From: an uncultured virus (IMG/VR IMGVR_UViG_3300023179_000063)
Taxonomy: Duplodnaviria > Heunggongvirae > Uroviricota > Caudoviricetes > Crassvirales
Strand: one strand, 5' to 3'
Virus record (IMG/VR): IMGVR_UViG_3300023179_000063
Length of the DNA: 64,000 bases
Shown here: in pieces, positions 48,101 to 58,000 of the stretch
Layout of the letters: each line of letters opens with the position of its first letter
Numbering within the stretch: the stretch's first letter is position 1
The notes under the pieces: model-generated
Told to the model about the DNA's origin: nothing
What the model saw: only the letters and a program-made list of their open reading frames with translations
The model's database searches: none
Position numbers and translations under genes: made by a program

Positions 48101-51100
48101 TGATAGTTTTACAAAGCAAGACATAGTTAATTTATTAAAATTTGTAAATTATAGTATGAGTTATAATGAACTTTTAAATATATTAAAAATTCAAAATAAT
48201 GGAGATATTAGTGATTTAAAAGTTCCTATACCAATTAATTCTAAAATAGCTGATGGTATATCTACAAAAGAATTTGATTATTCAGAAAATTATATACCTA
48301 CTGATTTAGATAAATTATTATTTGAAGATAGGTTAGAAAAAATTACTCCTACTTCAATATCAGTAAGTATTGATGGAGAAGTTAAATCTAGTAATAATGC
48401 TTCTATTTCTTTTAATGATAATACGGCATCATCTTGGGAAGATGAAGAAGATGATGATGAACCATTAACTAGATTATTACTTAAATCAAATACTTCTAAA
48501 TTAGGTAAAAGATTAAAATCTTTAGATTTATTATCTTATTTACAATCTATTGATAAAACATTAACTGCTGAAGAAATCAAATTTGTTACAGAAGCTGAGT
48601 TATTAAAATTAACTGAAGGCAAAGAAGCTTGGGGATTGTTTAGAGATGGAATTATTTATTTGTCTGAAGATAATTTTGAAGCTTTTGAAAATGTTGGAAG
48701 ACATGAATTATTTCATAGAATTTTTAATATGATGTTAACTCCATCTCAACAAAAACTTGTTTACAATAAAGCTATTGAAGAATTTGGATTACCGTCAGAT
48801 ACTTCTTTAATAGAAATAGAAGAATTGTTAGCTAGAAAATATCAAGAATGGAGGCAAGGTTCTAAAATAAATTCTTTTTTTACTATTTTATTTAATAAAA
48901 TTAAAAAGTTTTTAGGTATGGCTGTAAATATTGTGCCTGATATAAATACTTTTTTTACAAATATTGAACAAGGACAATTTAATGAAGTTATAAATAATGT
49001 TGATGGTACATCACGTTCTTATAATGATATTAGAAAAGATTTTGGTACTGCTATAAATTTTAGAAGGGCTGAACAATATATAATACAAAAATTAAATAGT
49101 TATCAAAATAAATATTATAATGAAGATAATATTAATAAAGGTAAAATACCAGAAAGTCTTGAAAAAACTTTTAGTTTAATTTTTGAACGTATAAATAAAG
49201 ATATAGATAAACTTTTAGCTAAAACTGATTTAACTGTAGAAGAAAAAGAAGATTTAGAATTTTTAAGTATAATTAAAAATCCTAGAATTTATGAAAATTT
49301 AGTAAAGGATTTATTTGAAGGATTTGATCCAAGCATTATTAAAAGAAAAAAATCAATTAATACTTTAACTACAGATAATCAAGAAATTATATCTTCTGAA
49401 AGTTGGGGTAATGAAATAGATGATGGAGAATTAAAAGATCATCAAGCTAAATTAGCTCTTAAAGTAAAACAATTTTTATCTACTATTATAAATAATAAAA
49501 CTAAGAGTCAAGTATCTCCTGGATATGTATATACTGTTTGTTTAAAGTTATTAACTAATATACCTGTAGAAAATAAAGAAAAGTTTTTAAAGATTTTAAA
49601 TGACAGAGTAAAAGAAGATTATTCTGAAAGTAATTCTAATATTAAAGCAATTATAGAAAGAATAGAAAATTTAGCTATTTGGGCTTACATGACTAATTAT
49701 TTAAATAATCCTATTCCAACTACTACAATTTTTGATACTTTTAATAGTTTTAATAATAATGGAGAAATAATTAAAAGAGAAAAAGATGAAACTAATTTTA
49801 ATTTTTTTAGACGAATATCTGATAAATCAGGAATTGATTTAAAAATGTTAAGTGTACTCTACTTAAAATATGATGCTCAACAAAGTTTGATTTCATTGAC
49901 TGTTCAAACAGGAAGTTTATATGAACAAAATGTTTTTTTTGGAGAAAATGGTTATTCTGATGGAGAATATTTTCAAGCTTTTAAAAATGCTGTAAGAGAT
50001 AATGAAGTAGTTAATTCTAAAAATAATATTATATCGGCCTTATCTAAAATATTAGTTTCAACTGATGTACCTAAATTAATTAAAGATATTAATAAAATTA
50101 AAAAAGGAATTGAAGAAGAACAAAGAAATTTTATTATTGATAATTTACAAAGTACTTTTAATATTTTACTAAGTTCTGAAGTTAAATTAGATGCTAAAAA
50201 TACCTTAGAAGATATGTTAATAGTATTAAATCATTGGAATACTGTTAAAGTTAATGATAAAGCTGAATACTTTGAAAGAGAAGCTTTAGATCATATTTCA
50301 GGAGCTGTTACAAGATTAGCTAAATTAGAATTAACAGGAGAAACATCTTACAGAGCAGGTTCATATAGAAGAACTGATGGTAAAACAGCTTATTTACATA
50401 CTTTATCTAGTAATGCTATAAATATTTTACAATCATTTATAAATGAAAAATTATTTCCTAAAAATAGTTTATATCTTAATAATCCAATATATAAATTAAA
50501 TGTTTTTCAAACAGGTATTAATAAAATTTATAATTATGTAAATTTTGACGGTGTTGTTGATAAAGATAGAAACAAAGAAGCTATTAGATATAAAAGTGAA
50601 ACTGAAAAAGATTGGTTAGATAGAAACTTTAAATATTTTTTCTTATCTCATAATAAACAAACAAATGGAAAATATGTTCAACAATTTTTAACTATATCAA
50701 ATAAACCAAATATTGTAGGAGCTGAAATAAACTTTTTAGATTGGAATAAAATACAGGAATCTATTGAAACTATTTTAAAACAACAATCTTTAAGAAACTT
50801 TAAAGGAGTTAAATATAGACAAAATTTAAATGTTTTCGATTCAATACTTAAAAGAGATAGTAAATTATCTGATACTCAATATGCTTCAGAAATTATAAAA
50901 GCTATTAAAGGAAAAAATTTAAAATCATTAATTAGTACAGAAAACTATATAGCATTATCAAATTTAAATAGTGCTATAAAAAAATATAGTGATAAAAATA
51001 TTGGAATGATGGCTGAAACTAATTCTGTAGAAGAATTAAAAGATATAGCTACAAATGAATTATTGGCTCTATATTATGCTAACTTTTTTGTTAATTCTAA

Positions 51101-54100
51101 TCAATTAAATCAATTAGTAGCTGGAGATGAAAGTTTCTATAAAAATTCATTTGATGTCATTAAACGTATGTCTATAGTTTTTGCTAATGGATACAAAGGA
51201 TTTGTAGAAAACAGTTTTGGTTTACCTAAAGAATATAGAACTCTTGTAGCTAAAGATGTAGAAGGAATGTTAGGAGAAGACTATGTTAAATTTTTAAAAA
51301 TACATGGTGCTAAATATGATTTAACAGATGCACAAGGTTATATGACTCCTAAAAGAGCTGCTCAAATAAGAAAAGCTTATGGAGAATCTTTAAAACTAGG
51401 TAATGTATTAAAACCAGTACATTTTGAAATTGATGAAAATGGAATACCTAGAGCTGTAAAATATTCTTCTATAGAATTAACCGATGAACTATGTAAAATG
51501 TTTCCTAGATTAGCTCAAGTAAGAAAAATGTTAGAAGATAACAATATAGATGAAATGGTTTTTAAATCTGCTGTTAAAGTAGGATTACCTTTAGAATTAA
51601 CTGTTCCAAATGATGATGGAAGTTTACCAGAAATTAATCCTAATAGTATTTTAACTTTACAAAATAGTAGTTATAGAATACAGTCTAATCCTGAACATAA
51701 TGTAGATGAAGATGAAATTGCATATCCTACTCAATTAGGATATTTTGCTAATTTTAGTGGGGCTAATACTGAAGTTGCTAATAAAATGTTTGATGCTATG
51801 ACTAAATTAATGAATAATGGTTTATACGAATTATTAGGTAAATTAGGATTGAGAAAAAGATTTTTAGATGATGAAAGTATTAAATTAACTTTAGAAAGAG
51901 CTAGAAATTCTGTTAGAAAATTTTTAGTTAAAAAAGAAGTTGATAAACAATCAGAAAGACAAAATGCTTTTTTAAATAATCCTAAACTTGGTATCAATAC
52001 TCCATTTTTAGTTAAAAAAGCTATTACAGAATTAGCTGCTGGTTTTACTAAAGCTACTGTAGGAATTAAACTTCCTGGTTCTGGATTAGTATTACAATCT
52101 GCTTATGGTACAGCTACTTATATAAATGCTGAAGGAAAAGAAGTTACTTCAGAATTAAAATGGAGAGATAAAGATGGATGTGCAGAAGTAGTATTACCAG
52201 ATATGTGGAAAGGTAAATTTAAAATAGGAGATAGTATTTTATTTGATACAATGGTAGGATTCCGTATTCCAGCTACTGAACTACACTCAGCAGTTCCTTT
52301 AAAAGTAGTAGGTTTTTATCCTAATAATAAAAATGTAATTATTGCTCCTGCTCAAATTGTTTATTTCCACGGTTCCGATTATGACGTAGATAAATTATAT
52401 GTTATGAGGAGAGAAATTTCTAATAATACTGTTAAATTATCTGATGGAACTATATTACATAAAGAAGGAGATGTAGTAGGTTATAAAGGAAATGAAAAAA
52501 ATGAAAATTTTGAACAGGATTTAGTACAATTATTAGCTGAAACTCAAATTAAATTAGTTGAAGCTAAATTAAAAAAAGATTCTAATTTAAAAACTCTTAT
52601 TTCTGTTTATAAATCTTTAATTGAATTACAAAATCTTTATTATAAAAATGTAATAGTAGATTCTTTTTTTAGTATTACTACAAATAAAGTAAATGAAGAA
52701 TTAATGATGTCACCTATTTCAATGGAAAGATTTAAAGGAATGGGTAAAGAAAATGAAACAGCTTTTGATTTAGTAGCAAGATTAAATGGTTTTAATTTAA
52801 AAAAACCTAAAAGAAGTGATTTTGATACAAATGAACAATTTGAAATAGAACAAGATAAATGGATTGATGAAAGAAATAAAGTAATTTTTAAAGAAAGAAA
52901 TTTATATGATTTAGAAGATCAAATGTTAATGCACAAAGATAATTTTAGTGGTACTAAACTTACTGGTTCATTTGCAAATATGGCTAAAACTATTGCTTAT
53001 TTCTTTCAATCTACAACAGATAATAAATATCCTATATTAAAAAAAGAAAATCATATTACTATAAATGGTAAAACTTATGAAGGATTAGATTATTATGAAA
53101 ATAGTGAACCTATAATTGTTAATTATGATAAAGACGGAAATCCAGTTTATTCTAAACCTATTATAACAGAAACAATAGATTCGTTAGTAAATGCTGCTAT
53201 TGATAATGTTAAAGAACAAATACTTTCTAGTATTGGATTTACTAATAATACAGGTAGTATAGCTATCTCATTAATTTCTATGGGTATTCCTTTAAATGAT
53301 GTTGTTAGAATAATGGTTTCTCCAGCTGCTAAAAGTATAAATACTGCTAATGGATTTAAAAAAGGATATGATTTAACTTTATCACAAATAAATGATAAAT
53401 TAGCTACATTATTAAATTTTAAAGATTATTCAGAATTATCAGAAGAAACTAAAACTAATCTACTAAAAGAAGTTGAAAAAATTGATATTACATCTGATAT
53501 GTTAGAAAAGAATATTAATAAAAATATTCAAGAAATGAATAAACAAGAACTTTTAGAACAAAAAGCAATTTTATTAAAAATAATATCTAAAGGAGATGAT
53601 ATAGCTTCTAGTTTAGGAGATGGAGTAACAGCATTTGGAGTATTAAAAGGATTTGATATAACATTACATGGTATGCAAAATGTTTTAGATAGTTTTGATA
53701 ATATGTGGGATGATCAAACTAATACTAAAAATTCTAAATTTATATTTGAAAATGTTAATCCTATAAAACTTCCTCATATTAATAAAGCTTTTTATATTTT
53801 AAAAACATTAAAATCTAATATAGAACGATTATTTTTTGTAGAAAATAAAGCATTACAAAAACTATCTTTTAGTGTATTAGGAACTTCAGGAGTAAAAATA
53901 TGGGATAGAATAGAAGGAGAAACTGCTTTAAAAATAAGAGAAAATTTCATACATTATTTTATGACAGGTCTAAAATACACTACCCCAGAAGGATATGAAA
54001 TCAGTCATGATATGACTAATGAAGAAATGTATGAAATTGCTGGAAAAGAATATATAGGAAATGAAGCTTGGAATAAAAGATTTGTTGATCAAGTATTAAA

Positions 54101-55040
54101 ATTAAAATTAGAAAATCCTTCCAATTTATTTTTAAAGAAACTATCTGTTAATAAATATGGTCAATTAGTATTTCCTTCATTAAAAAATGTAAAACAAGCT
54201 GATATTTTAGCTTATCAAAGTGACTTTGAAAAATTAGCTGTTAATGGGGTATTTACTGAATTACAATATAATTTTGTTAAATATGCTGTATTAAATCAAG
54301 GACTTTCATTTGGAGCTTCTAACTTTTCATTAATTTTGCCTGATAAAATTTATGAGCCTTTAATGGAAGAGTTTAATAGGTCTTTAACTGAATTAACAGC
54401 AAATTCTGATAGTTTTGAAAAGAAATTATCTCAAGTATTATCTAATTTTACTGTACAATATTTATTAAACAATGGAGATAGGATATTAACTAAAGTAAAA
54501 TTCCAAGACACGACACCAGGCCTTAATGGTAATATTTTTGTTCCTAAAGATGCTTTAAAAGAACCTGTATTATATTTAAAAGTAGGTACTAAAATGTATT
54601 ATAATGTAGGAGAAGAAGCTACTAACTGGAAATATGCTGAAATAGGTTATTTTTCAAGATATACTCAATATCAATTTAAAGATAAATTATTTGAAGAAAA
54701 CTATAGTTTAAATAAAGCTTTTGATTCTTCAGTTGTAACATTAAAAGTTAAAAATAATAAGCCTAAAAACAATATCTTTGAAAATTCAAATGAATATGTT
54801 AAAGGTCAAAAAATAAGACTTGTTAATTATTCTGATATATCAAGATTAAATATGATAGAATATACTATAGATGAGGTTACTAAAAAAGGAGATAAATATT
54901 CATATAAATTAGTTAATTCTCAAGAAGTTAGTACTATTTTAACTGATTCTGAAATTATCGAATCTAAAGAATTTAAACAATTAGTTGCAGATGGTATGAT
55001 ACCTGAAGTAGCATTACAAAAAATTAAAAATAAATGTTAA
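42120..55040 (+). CDS. Giant virion RNA polymerase polyprotein (membrane-like N-terminus, SF1 helicase, zincin, two-barrel RNAP)
   Basis: 4306 aa; catalytic GSDYDVDKL (52371-52397), GFRIP, LTDAQGY; helicase GYAGTGKT / IIDE / GDPNQ / YRS / VQGRT / YTATSRA; HELFH zincin. Confidence 0.9.
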   Translation: MAKKIKTPVKELIDYYLSKDNTNEYLGKPVTEAPIPRLGGPQVEENEWSRYDKNSYFNENLEERRSRNQDGWDAFGIGAARLLGQGITKTAAGAGMVAGLFGIDNSNEKYLNENSNFSQKIAAWIAGAADNGLAVVANELEKNLIDATPLYNSTADKEANKASMFNNLTDGDFWAGEGVDAAAFLLSAYLTGGAATEANIGGKIASTLAKGKIFGSNINKIAKLTNQATATALQTASESMFEAKDVRDSLREQKAQEKYSLPFESLNPQQQNEINVEVAPAAAKTFALNTAALIVPNFFEMGQLMKKAGRTVGTVEGLAAKGLSTVEKEIGDKVLWNTLPLGKVGKALNKFANTKIGAGFNNALVSMGREGLYEENIQTAISNLMESDPDASITDIGKIAKGMYNNFSSEEGKKSMLLGSLIGGLAGGISGGIEYSRNKERQKNAITASAISGHNLFKANNPYEIETYEEIVDGKPVKKTRYKLDENGQPIIDSAKMKSIIADKDHLEYLDDIATLAEEKGDNVLANIAKSHSMAKWVKSHFDTGTENLLQDKIDYLKELSDQELLEQGIDPNKKNEYISRLENKTKEFTALANQIGGSLLSRDNSKEGAKKFNARKSELYNIGVTLSSVREEKARLEEEKARLSSSPESTILAEKQLAYADLKIKELTEAENKFNEEFKKIADFKNGQDYFNNDYKKSIVEKIDDIDHATVTLDEFNAYENSKLYKSELGLKADNIESEFFEKGIDERLQNEPLENILDDLEYLDASITQSTKDKLQSIEEAKTQNLDSLESAIIDIQNGEEPNAPQEIIDEANSFFDENGDIDSDKLEEFQNAQKINASNLNKISNLPIKEKQEVTKKTSKEKILEKFTKTIKGITFNAENNDDYDNVKEIETAIKKLQNFIKVLKEKNDEDYRDVITTYENDLIQLEQLLIKVKERLNDKALQQEKFVQENLNNMISSFGINEEGAIINKEIYDIIKDILGDEILNLKEKLKDLSLWGKIGYLTQLQDIVKSKITDEQLEQLKTIQKSLSNEVVFEIKEYVKETGQLSDTLINLITKFYSSNPKLLFIDVIKLIQKYSEDKNNPFNIFFKDLNFNNLYNKLLTTNVEVRGSLDKAKSIFNTHYQVLNLSNLISSIDSKYNSVTEIVTENAINTEKDIITPSNQQLFAIRDLVKFFFSKLNNTGFGNFAYLKGYAGTGKTNIVLKWFCKLSGLKQDEIFAVGHNKYSSEAINKSIGSPKINTIENLLEGLSTNSLNNIKVLIIDEINGLSKKELLNLTNLVTNYNNLNKTSIKIIGLGDPNQITVNESFAPLEELFATPEMSNMTMITPLTIRYRSNVQAVVDAQDIFMDNSKDMVKEGIYLFTNSDNSLGASGSIASDSIEKILKTKDINDGKTRAVIVHPSDVEEWKNKNLGIEVVSYVDVQGRTIDEVYVAINNNRFDNSLAFNKAMYTATSRATNFIFIQGIPSTVVVDNSINNNAQKNTAQLAEAKKEFAQNRKDEGEQLDVEIKIVPPPTTPPPSDPDPEKDEEIIDDEEEEEEEEEPEPTGGGSPLNPNSINLKYPTNEALSGNAFEKIKPVEVGEAIVFIPVKNKQGFSSIGVFVDRGNGKFIQVALLSQEELNNPPVDKIDIYNKFKESLNKNYTEFVTKDGYLNVAPGSSLNILAQGKLENVSKLKYYYKKIGETFDWKTLFAKFREGFFNTSESNNSKIEKSKIRVFTTAEIRALNGPKLKPGVPYAVITSPTQQGGVVNNDQYIELERKKLNKDTHGFMIAPLLQFLDKYFQFKSQFPELTTNEIADLIEAKDDYLGTLLSKLNSKYQTSYIFTNEQKELKKEIDELLFKPLEPSDLEFKKKMKVKNTVSPFMVLDSEGKQKEINGTIVKVNDKTVEVKVEDKVIEVNKEDLQPVIKRKSGKAQNIFNLIAQGNRTSNGYIIRTTYVDNGIQKSRGKSLLPRTEDEDPNILLEKFNNLDVKKQSKILNKFKENYGKEFNPDSFTKQDIVNLLKFVNYSMSYNELLNILKIQNNGDISDLKVPIPINSKIADGISTKEFDYSENYIPTDLDKLLFEDRLEKITPTSISVSIDGEVKSSNNASISFNDNTASSWEDEEDDDEPLTRLLLKSNTSKLGKRLKSLDLLSYLQSIDKTLTAEEIKFVTEAELLKLTEGKEAWGLFRDGIIYLSEDNFEAFENVGRHELFHRIFNMMLTPSQQKLVYNKAIEEFGLPSDTSLIEIEELLARKYQEWRQGSKINSFFTILFNKIKKFLGMAVNIVPDINTFFTNIEQGQFNEVINNVDGTSRSYNDIRKDFGTAINFRRAEQYIIQKLNSYQNKYYNEDNINKGKIPESLEKTFSLIFERINKDIDKLLAKTDLTVEEKEDLEFLSIIKNPRIYENLVKDLFEGFDPSIIKRKKSINTLTTDNQEIISSESWGNEIDDGELKDHQAKLALKVKQFLSTIINNKTKSQVSPGYVYTVCLKLLTNIPVENKEKFLKILNDRVKEDYSESNSNIKAIIERIENLAIWAYMTNYLNNPIPTTTIFDTFNSFNNNGEIIKREKDETNFNFFRRISDKSGIDLKMLSVLYLKYDAQQSLISLTVQTGSLYEQNVFFGENGYSDGEYFQAFKNAVRDNEVVNSKNNIISALSKILVSTDVPKLIKDINKIKKGIEEEQRNFIIDNLQSTFNILLSSEVKLDAKNTLEDMLIVLNHWNTVKVNDKAEYFEREALDHISGAVTRLAKLELTGETSYRAGSYRRTDGKTAYLHTLSSNAINILQSFINEKLFPKNSLYLNNPIYKLNVFQTGINKIYNYVNFDGVVDKDRNKEAIRYKSETEKDWLDRNFKYFFLSHNKQTNGKYVQQFLTISNKPNIVGAEINFLDWNKIQESIETILKQQSLRNFKGVKYRQNLNVFDSILKRDSKLSDTQYASEIIKAIKGKNLKSLISTENYIALSNLNSAIKKYSDKNIGMMAETNSVEELKDIATNELLALYYANFFVNSNQLNQLVAGDESFYKNSFDVIKRMSIVFANGYKGFVENSFGLPKEYRTLVAKDVEGMLGEDYVKFLKIHGAKYDLTDAQGYMTPKRAAQIRKAYGESLKLGNVLKPVHFEIDENGIPRAVKYSSIELTDELCKMFPRLAQVRKMLEDNNIDEMVFKSAVKVGLPLELTVPNDDGSLPEINPNSILTLQNSSYRIQSNPEHNVDEDEIAYPTQLGYFANFSGANTEVANKMFDAMTKLMNNGLYELLGKLGLRKRFLDDESIKLTLERARNSVRKFLVKKEVDKQSERQNAFLNNPKLGINTPFLVKKAITELAAGFTKATVGIKLPGSGLVLQSAYGTATYINAEGKEVTSELKWRDKDGCAEVVLPDMWKGKFKIGDSILFDTMVGFRIPATELHSAVPLKVVGFYPNNKNVIIAPAQIVYFHGSDYDVDKLYVMRREISNNTVKLSDGTILHKEGDVVGYKGNEKNENFEQDLVQLLAETQIKLVEAKLKKDSNLKTLISVYKSLIELQNLYYKNVIVDSFFSITTNKVNEELMMSPISMERFKGMGKENETAFDLVARLNGFNLKKPKRSDFDTNEQFEIEQDKWIDERNKVIFKERNLYDLEDQMLMHKDNFSGTKLTGSFANMAKTIAYFFQSTTDNKYPILKKENHITINGKTYEGLDYYENSEPIIVNYDKDGNPVYSKPIITETIDSLVNAAIDNVKEQILSSIGFTNNTGSIAISLISMGIPLNDVVRIMVSPAAKSINTANGFKKGYDLTLSQINDKLATLLNFKDYSELSEETKTNLLKEVEKIDITSDMLEKNINKNIQEMNKQELLEQKAILLKIISKGDDIASSLGDGVTAFGVLKGFDITLHGMQNVLDSFDNMWDDQTNTKNSKFIFENVNPIKLPHINKAFYILKTLKSNIERLFFVENKALQKLSFSVLGTSGVKIWDRIEGETALKIRENFIHYFMTGLKYTTPEGYEISHDMTNEEMYEIAGKEYIGNEAWNKRFVDQVLKLKLENPSNLFLKKLSVNKYGQLVFPSLKNVKQADILAYQSDFEKLAVNGVFTELQYNFVKYAVLNQGLSFGASNFSLILPDKIYEPLMEEFNRSLTELTANSDSFEKKLSQVLSNFTVQYLLNNGDRILTKVKFQDTTPGLNGNIFVPKDALKEPVLYLKVGTKMYYNVGEEATNWKYAEIGYFSRYTQYQFKDKLFEENYSLNKAFDSSVVTLKVKNNKPKNNIFENSNEYVKGQKIRLVNYSDISRLNMIEYTIDEVTKKGDKYSYKLVNSQEVSTILTDSEIIESKEFKQLVADGMIPEVALQKIKNKC

Positions 55041-55041
55041 T

Positions 55042-58000
55042 ATGAGCTTTTGTCCTAATAAATCATCTTCACAATATAAAGCATTAGTTTCTCAATTAGG
55101 GGAAATTGATGCTTATAATGCTTGGTATTTAAAAAATAAAGCATTATTATCTGATACTCCTATGCCTGTTAAACCAGGAGTAGAAGAACTATTTGATTCT
55201 AATCAAGAGCTTGCTAATCAAGTATATGAAGCTTTAGGAATAATTGTACCAACTAATGTAAAAGTTAAAGGTAAAGTTTTGTATGCTGGTAAAGAGTATC
55301 CTAATACTTTTCAAATTACATTTCAGAATAATGATAATAAATATATAGGATTTGCTAAAATAAACAATCAAAACATTGATTCTATAGAATTACAACCTGA
55401 ATTTAGAAAACAAGGATTAGGTACAGAAATTTATGTATTATTAGGAGAAGAACTTGCTAAAAATAATATTACTCTTGAGTCAGCTTATTATACAGGTTCT
55501 CAACTAACTCAACAAGCTAAGGCTACTTGGGAATCATTAGTTAAAAAAGGATACGCAATAAAAACAGAAAACAATTACAAATTTGTAAGTAAAGCACAAC
55601 AAAAACAACAAGCTCAACAACTATACTCTCGATATCTTGATACAACACAAAATCAATTTATATCTTCAAATGATAAAGTAGTATTTGGTCACCCTACTAT
55701 TGGTAAAAGTTTCTTAAAGAAACAAGGAGAAGATAAATTTATTTCTTTAGATGATGATTATGCTACAGAAATAAATAATAAAGTAAAAGAGATAGCTGAT
55801 AAATATAATGTAACAGCTTATCAAGTTAAAGATGGTGGTACTCAAAAATGGAATAATGAGTATAATCAAATGATGCAAGAAATGTTTAATGTTGCAAAAC
55901 AAAAAGCTATTTCTGAAAACAAAACTTTATTTACTTCTAACACTAACCTGTTAAAAAACAACGCAGATTCTTTTGATAAAGTTATAAATCTTACAAATGT
56001 AGAATTTGAAAAAAGAATACAAGAAAGAGGAGCCAAATATGATATTAAAGAATGGAAATCTCAAATTAATGAAGCTATTTCTAAAATACCTACAAGTAAA
56101 GTAATAAATACTGATAAGTATCTTTCTGATTTATTTATAACACCACAACAAAAACAACAAGCTCTACAACTATACTCTCAATACTTAGATACTGTATTTC
56201 CTAATAGTAAAGTAAAGGATATTGTTTATCATGGTAGTAATCAAAAAATAAATCAATTTGAAGTTAGAAAAGAACCTTTAATACATTTTGGTTCTAAAAA
56301 TGCAGCTTTACAAAGAGGTGATGTACTAAATCAAGTTATTCTTAATATCAAAGATTTACAAACTATTAAAGATGGTATGTGGTTTTTAGGTACAGATGAA
56401 GGAGGACTACTTAAAGAATTACTTGATAGAAATATTTTAACTATTGAAGAAGTAAAAAGTATCAATAAAACTAAAAATGAAGCTATTCAACAATCTCCAT
56501 ATTTTCATGAAAATTATAGAATGGCTATACCCGAAGGAGAAAAAGCAGGTAATAAAAAGCTTCAAGAAATATTAGGGGGTAAAGATATTGGATTTGAATA
56601 TAAAAATTTTAGTGAAGATACAGGTAGTACAAGTTATGCAGTACCAAGTCAAGAACAAATTCACATACTTGGTAGTAAACAAGATATAGAAGGATTTAAA
56701 GAGTTTGTTAAAAAATCTAATGAACCAATTATACCTTCAATTGAAGAAGCTAATAATTTATTACAAAACAAACCAATGTTTAGTATTGCTGATCCAAATA
56801 TTAAATACGAACAAGAATATAAACTTTTATTAAAACAATATCCTAATTTATTAGATTCTAATTATTCTCCTAGTATAATTAAAAAACTAATTACACAAAT
56901 TAATAATGCTTTTACTACATTAGTTGCAACAGCTACTCAATCTATTGAATCAGGTGGATTATTTGATAAGATTAAAATTTCTAAAAAAATAGAAAGTCCT
57001 AAAATTGTAAATGAATATTTAATAGAAAGACTTCAAAAAATGTTTCCTAAAACAAAAGTTAAACTATTGTCAATAGAAGAAGCTTATAATTTAATAGGAG
57101 AAGATGCTTATAATGCAAATAGTTTTATTTTAAAAGATACAGTTTATATTTTAAGAGATAAAATAAATAATGAAACTATTATTGAAGAATTTTTACATCC
57201 TTTTGTAGAATATTTATTTCAAAATAATAATGATTTATATTTAAATCTTGAAAAAGAAGCAATGCTAGATGAAACTTTAAAAAAATCTATTAGTAGTAGA
57301 TATTCTAAATTTAGTGTAGTTGATAAAAAGAAAGAAATGGTTACACAAAAGTTAGCCGAATTATTAAATGAAGAATTTAAAAACAAACCTAAAAATATTA
57401 ATGAATTAAGACAGTTACTTCAAACTATTTATAAGGAATTGTCAAATTTTTTTTACAGGGTGTTTGGAGGAAAAAACTATATAGATTTTAATAATTTATC
57501 TACTACAATGTCTTTAGATACTTTAGTACAAATTATGAATACAGAAGATGTTGTTCTTCCTGTAGAGTATATCAATAGACCTACATATAGCATTATTGAT
57601 GATATTAAAAATCAAGTACATAAAGAAGGATTTAAATTAAAAGATGATAAATATGTTGATATAAATGGTAATACTTATGAAAGATTAACTGAATGGGTAA
57701 GAAATACTTTTAGTAAAAATAAAGGAAAAACAACTTTAACTTTTGCTACTTATAAAGCTAATGCTATATTTAAAAAAGAAACAAAAACAATAGTTAATGG
57801 AGTTGAAACAATTAAATTACCTAATGGAGTAGATATTTCTTTAGAAGATTTAATTGTTATGATTGTCAGAGAAATGGAAACGGCTAAAATTTATGGTACA
57901 TTAGCTCATAAAATGATGGATATATGTATTAAAAATTTAATGGGAATTAATACAGATATTTTAAGAAATGAATTAAAAACATTAGCTGCTGGTGGAACTG

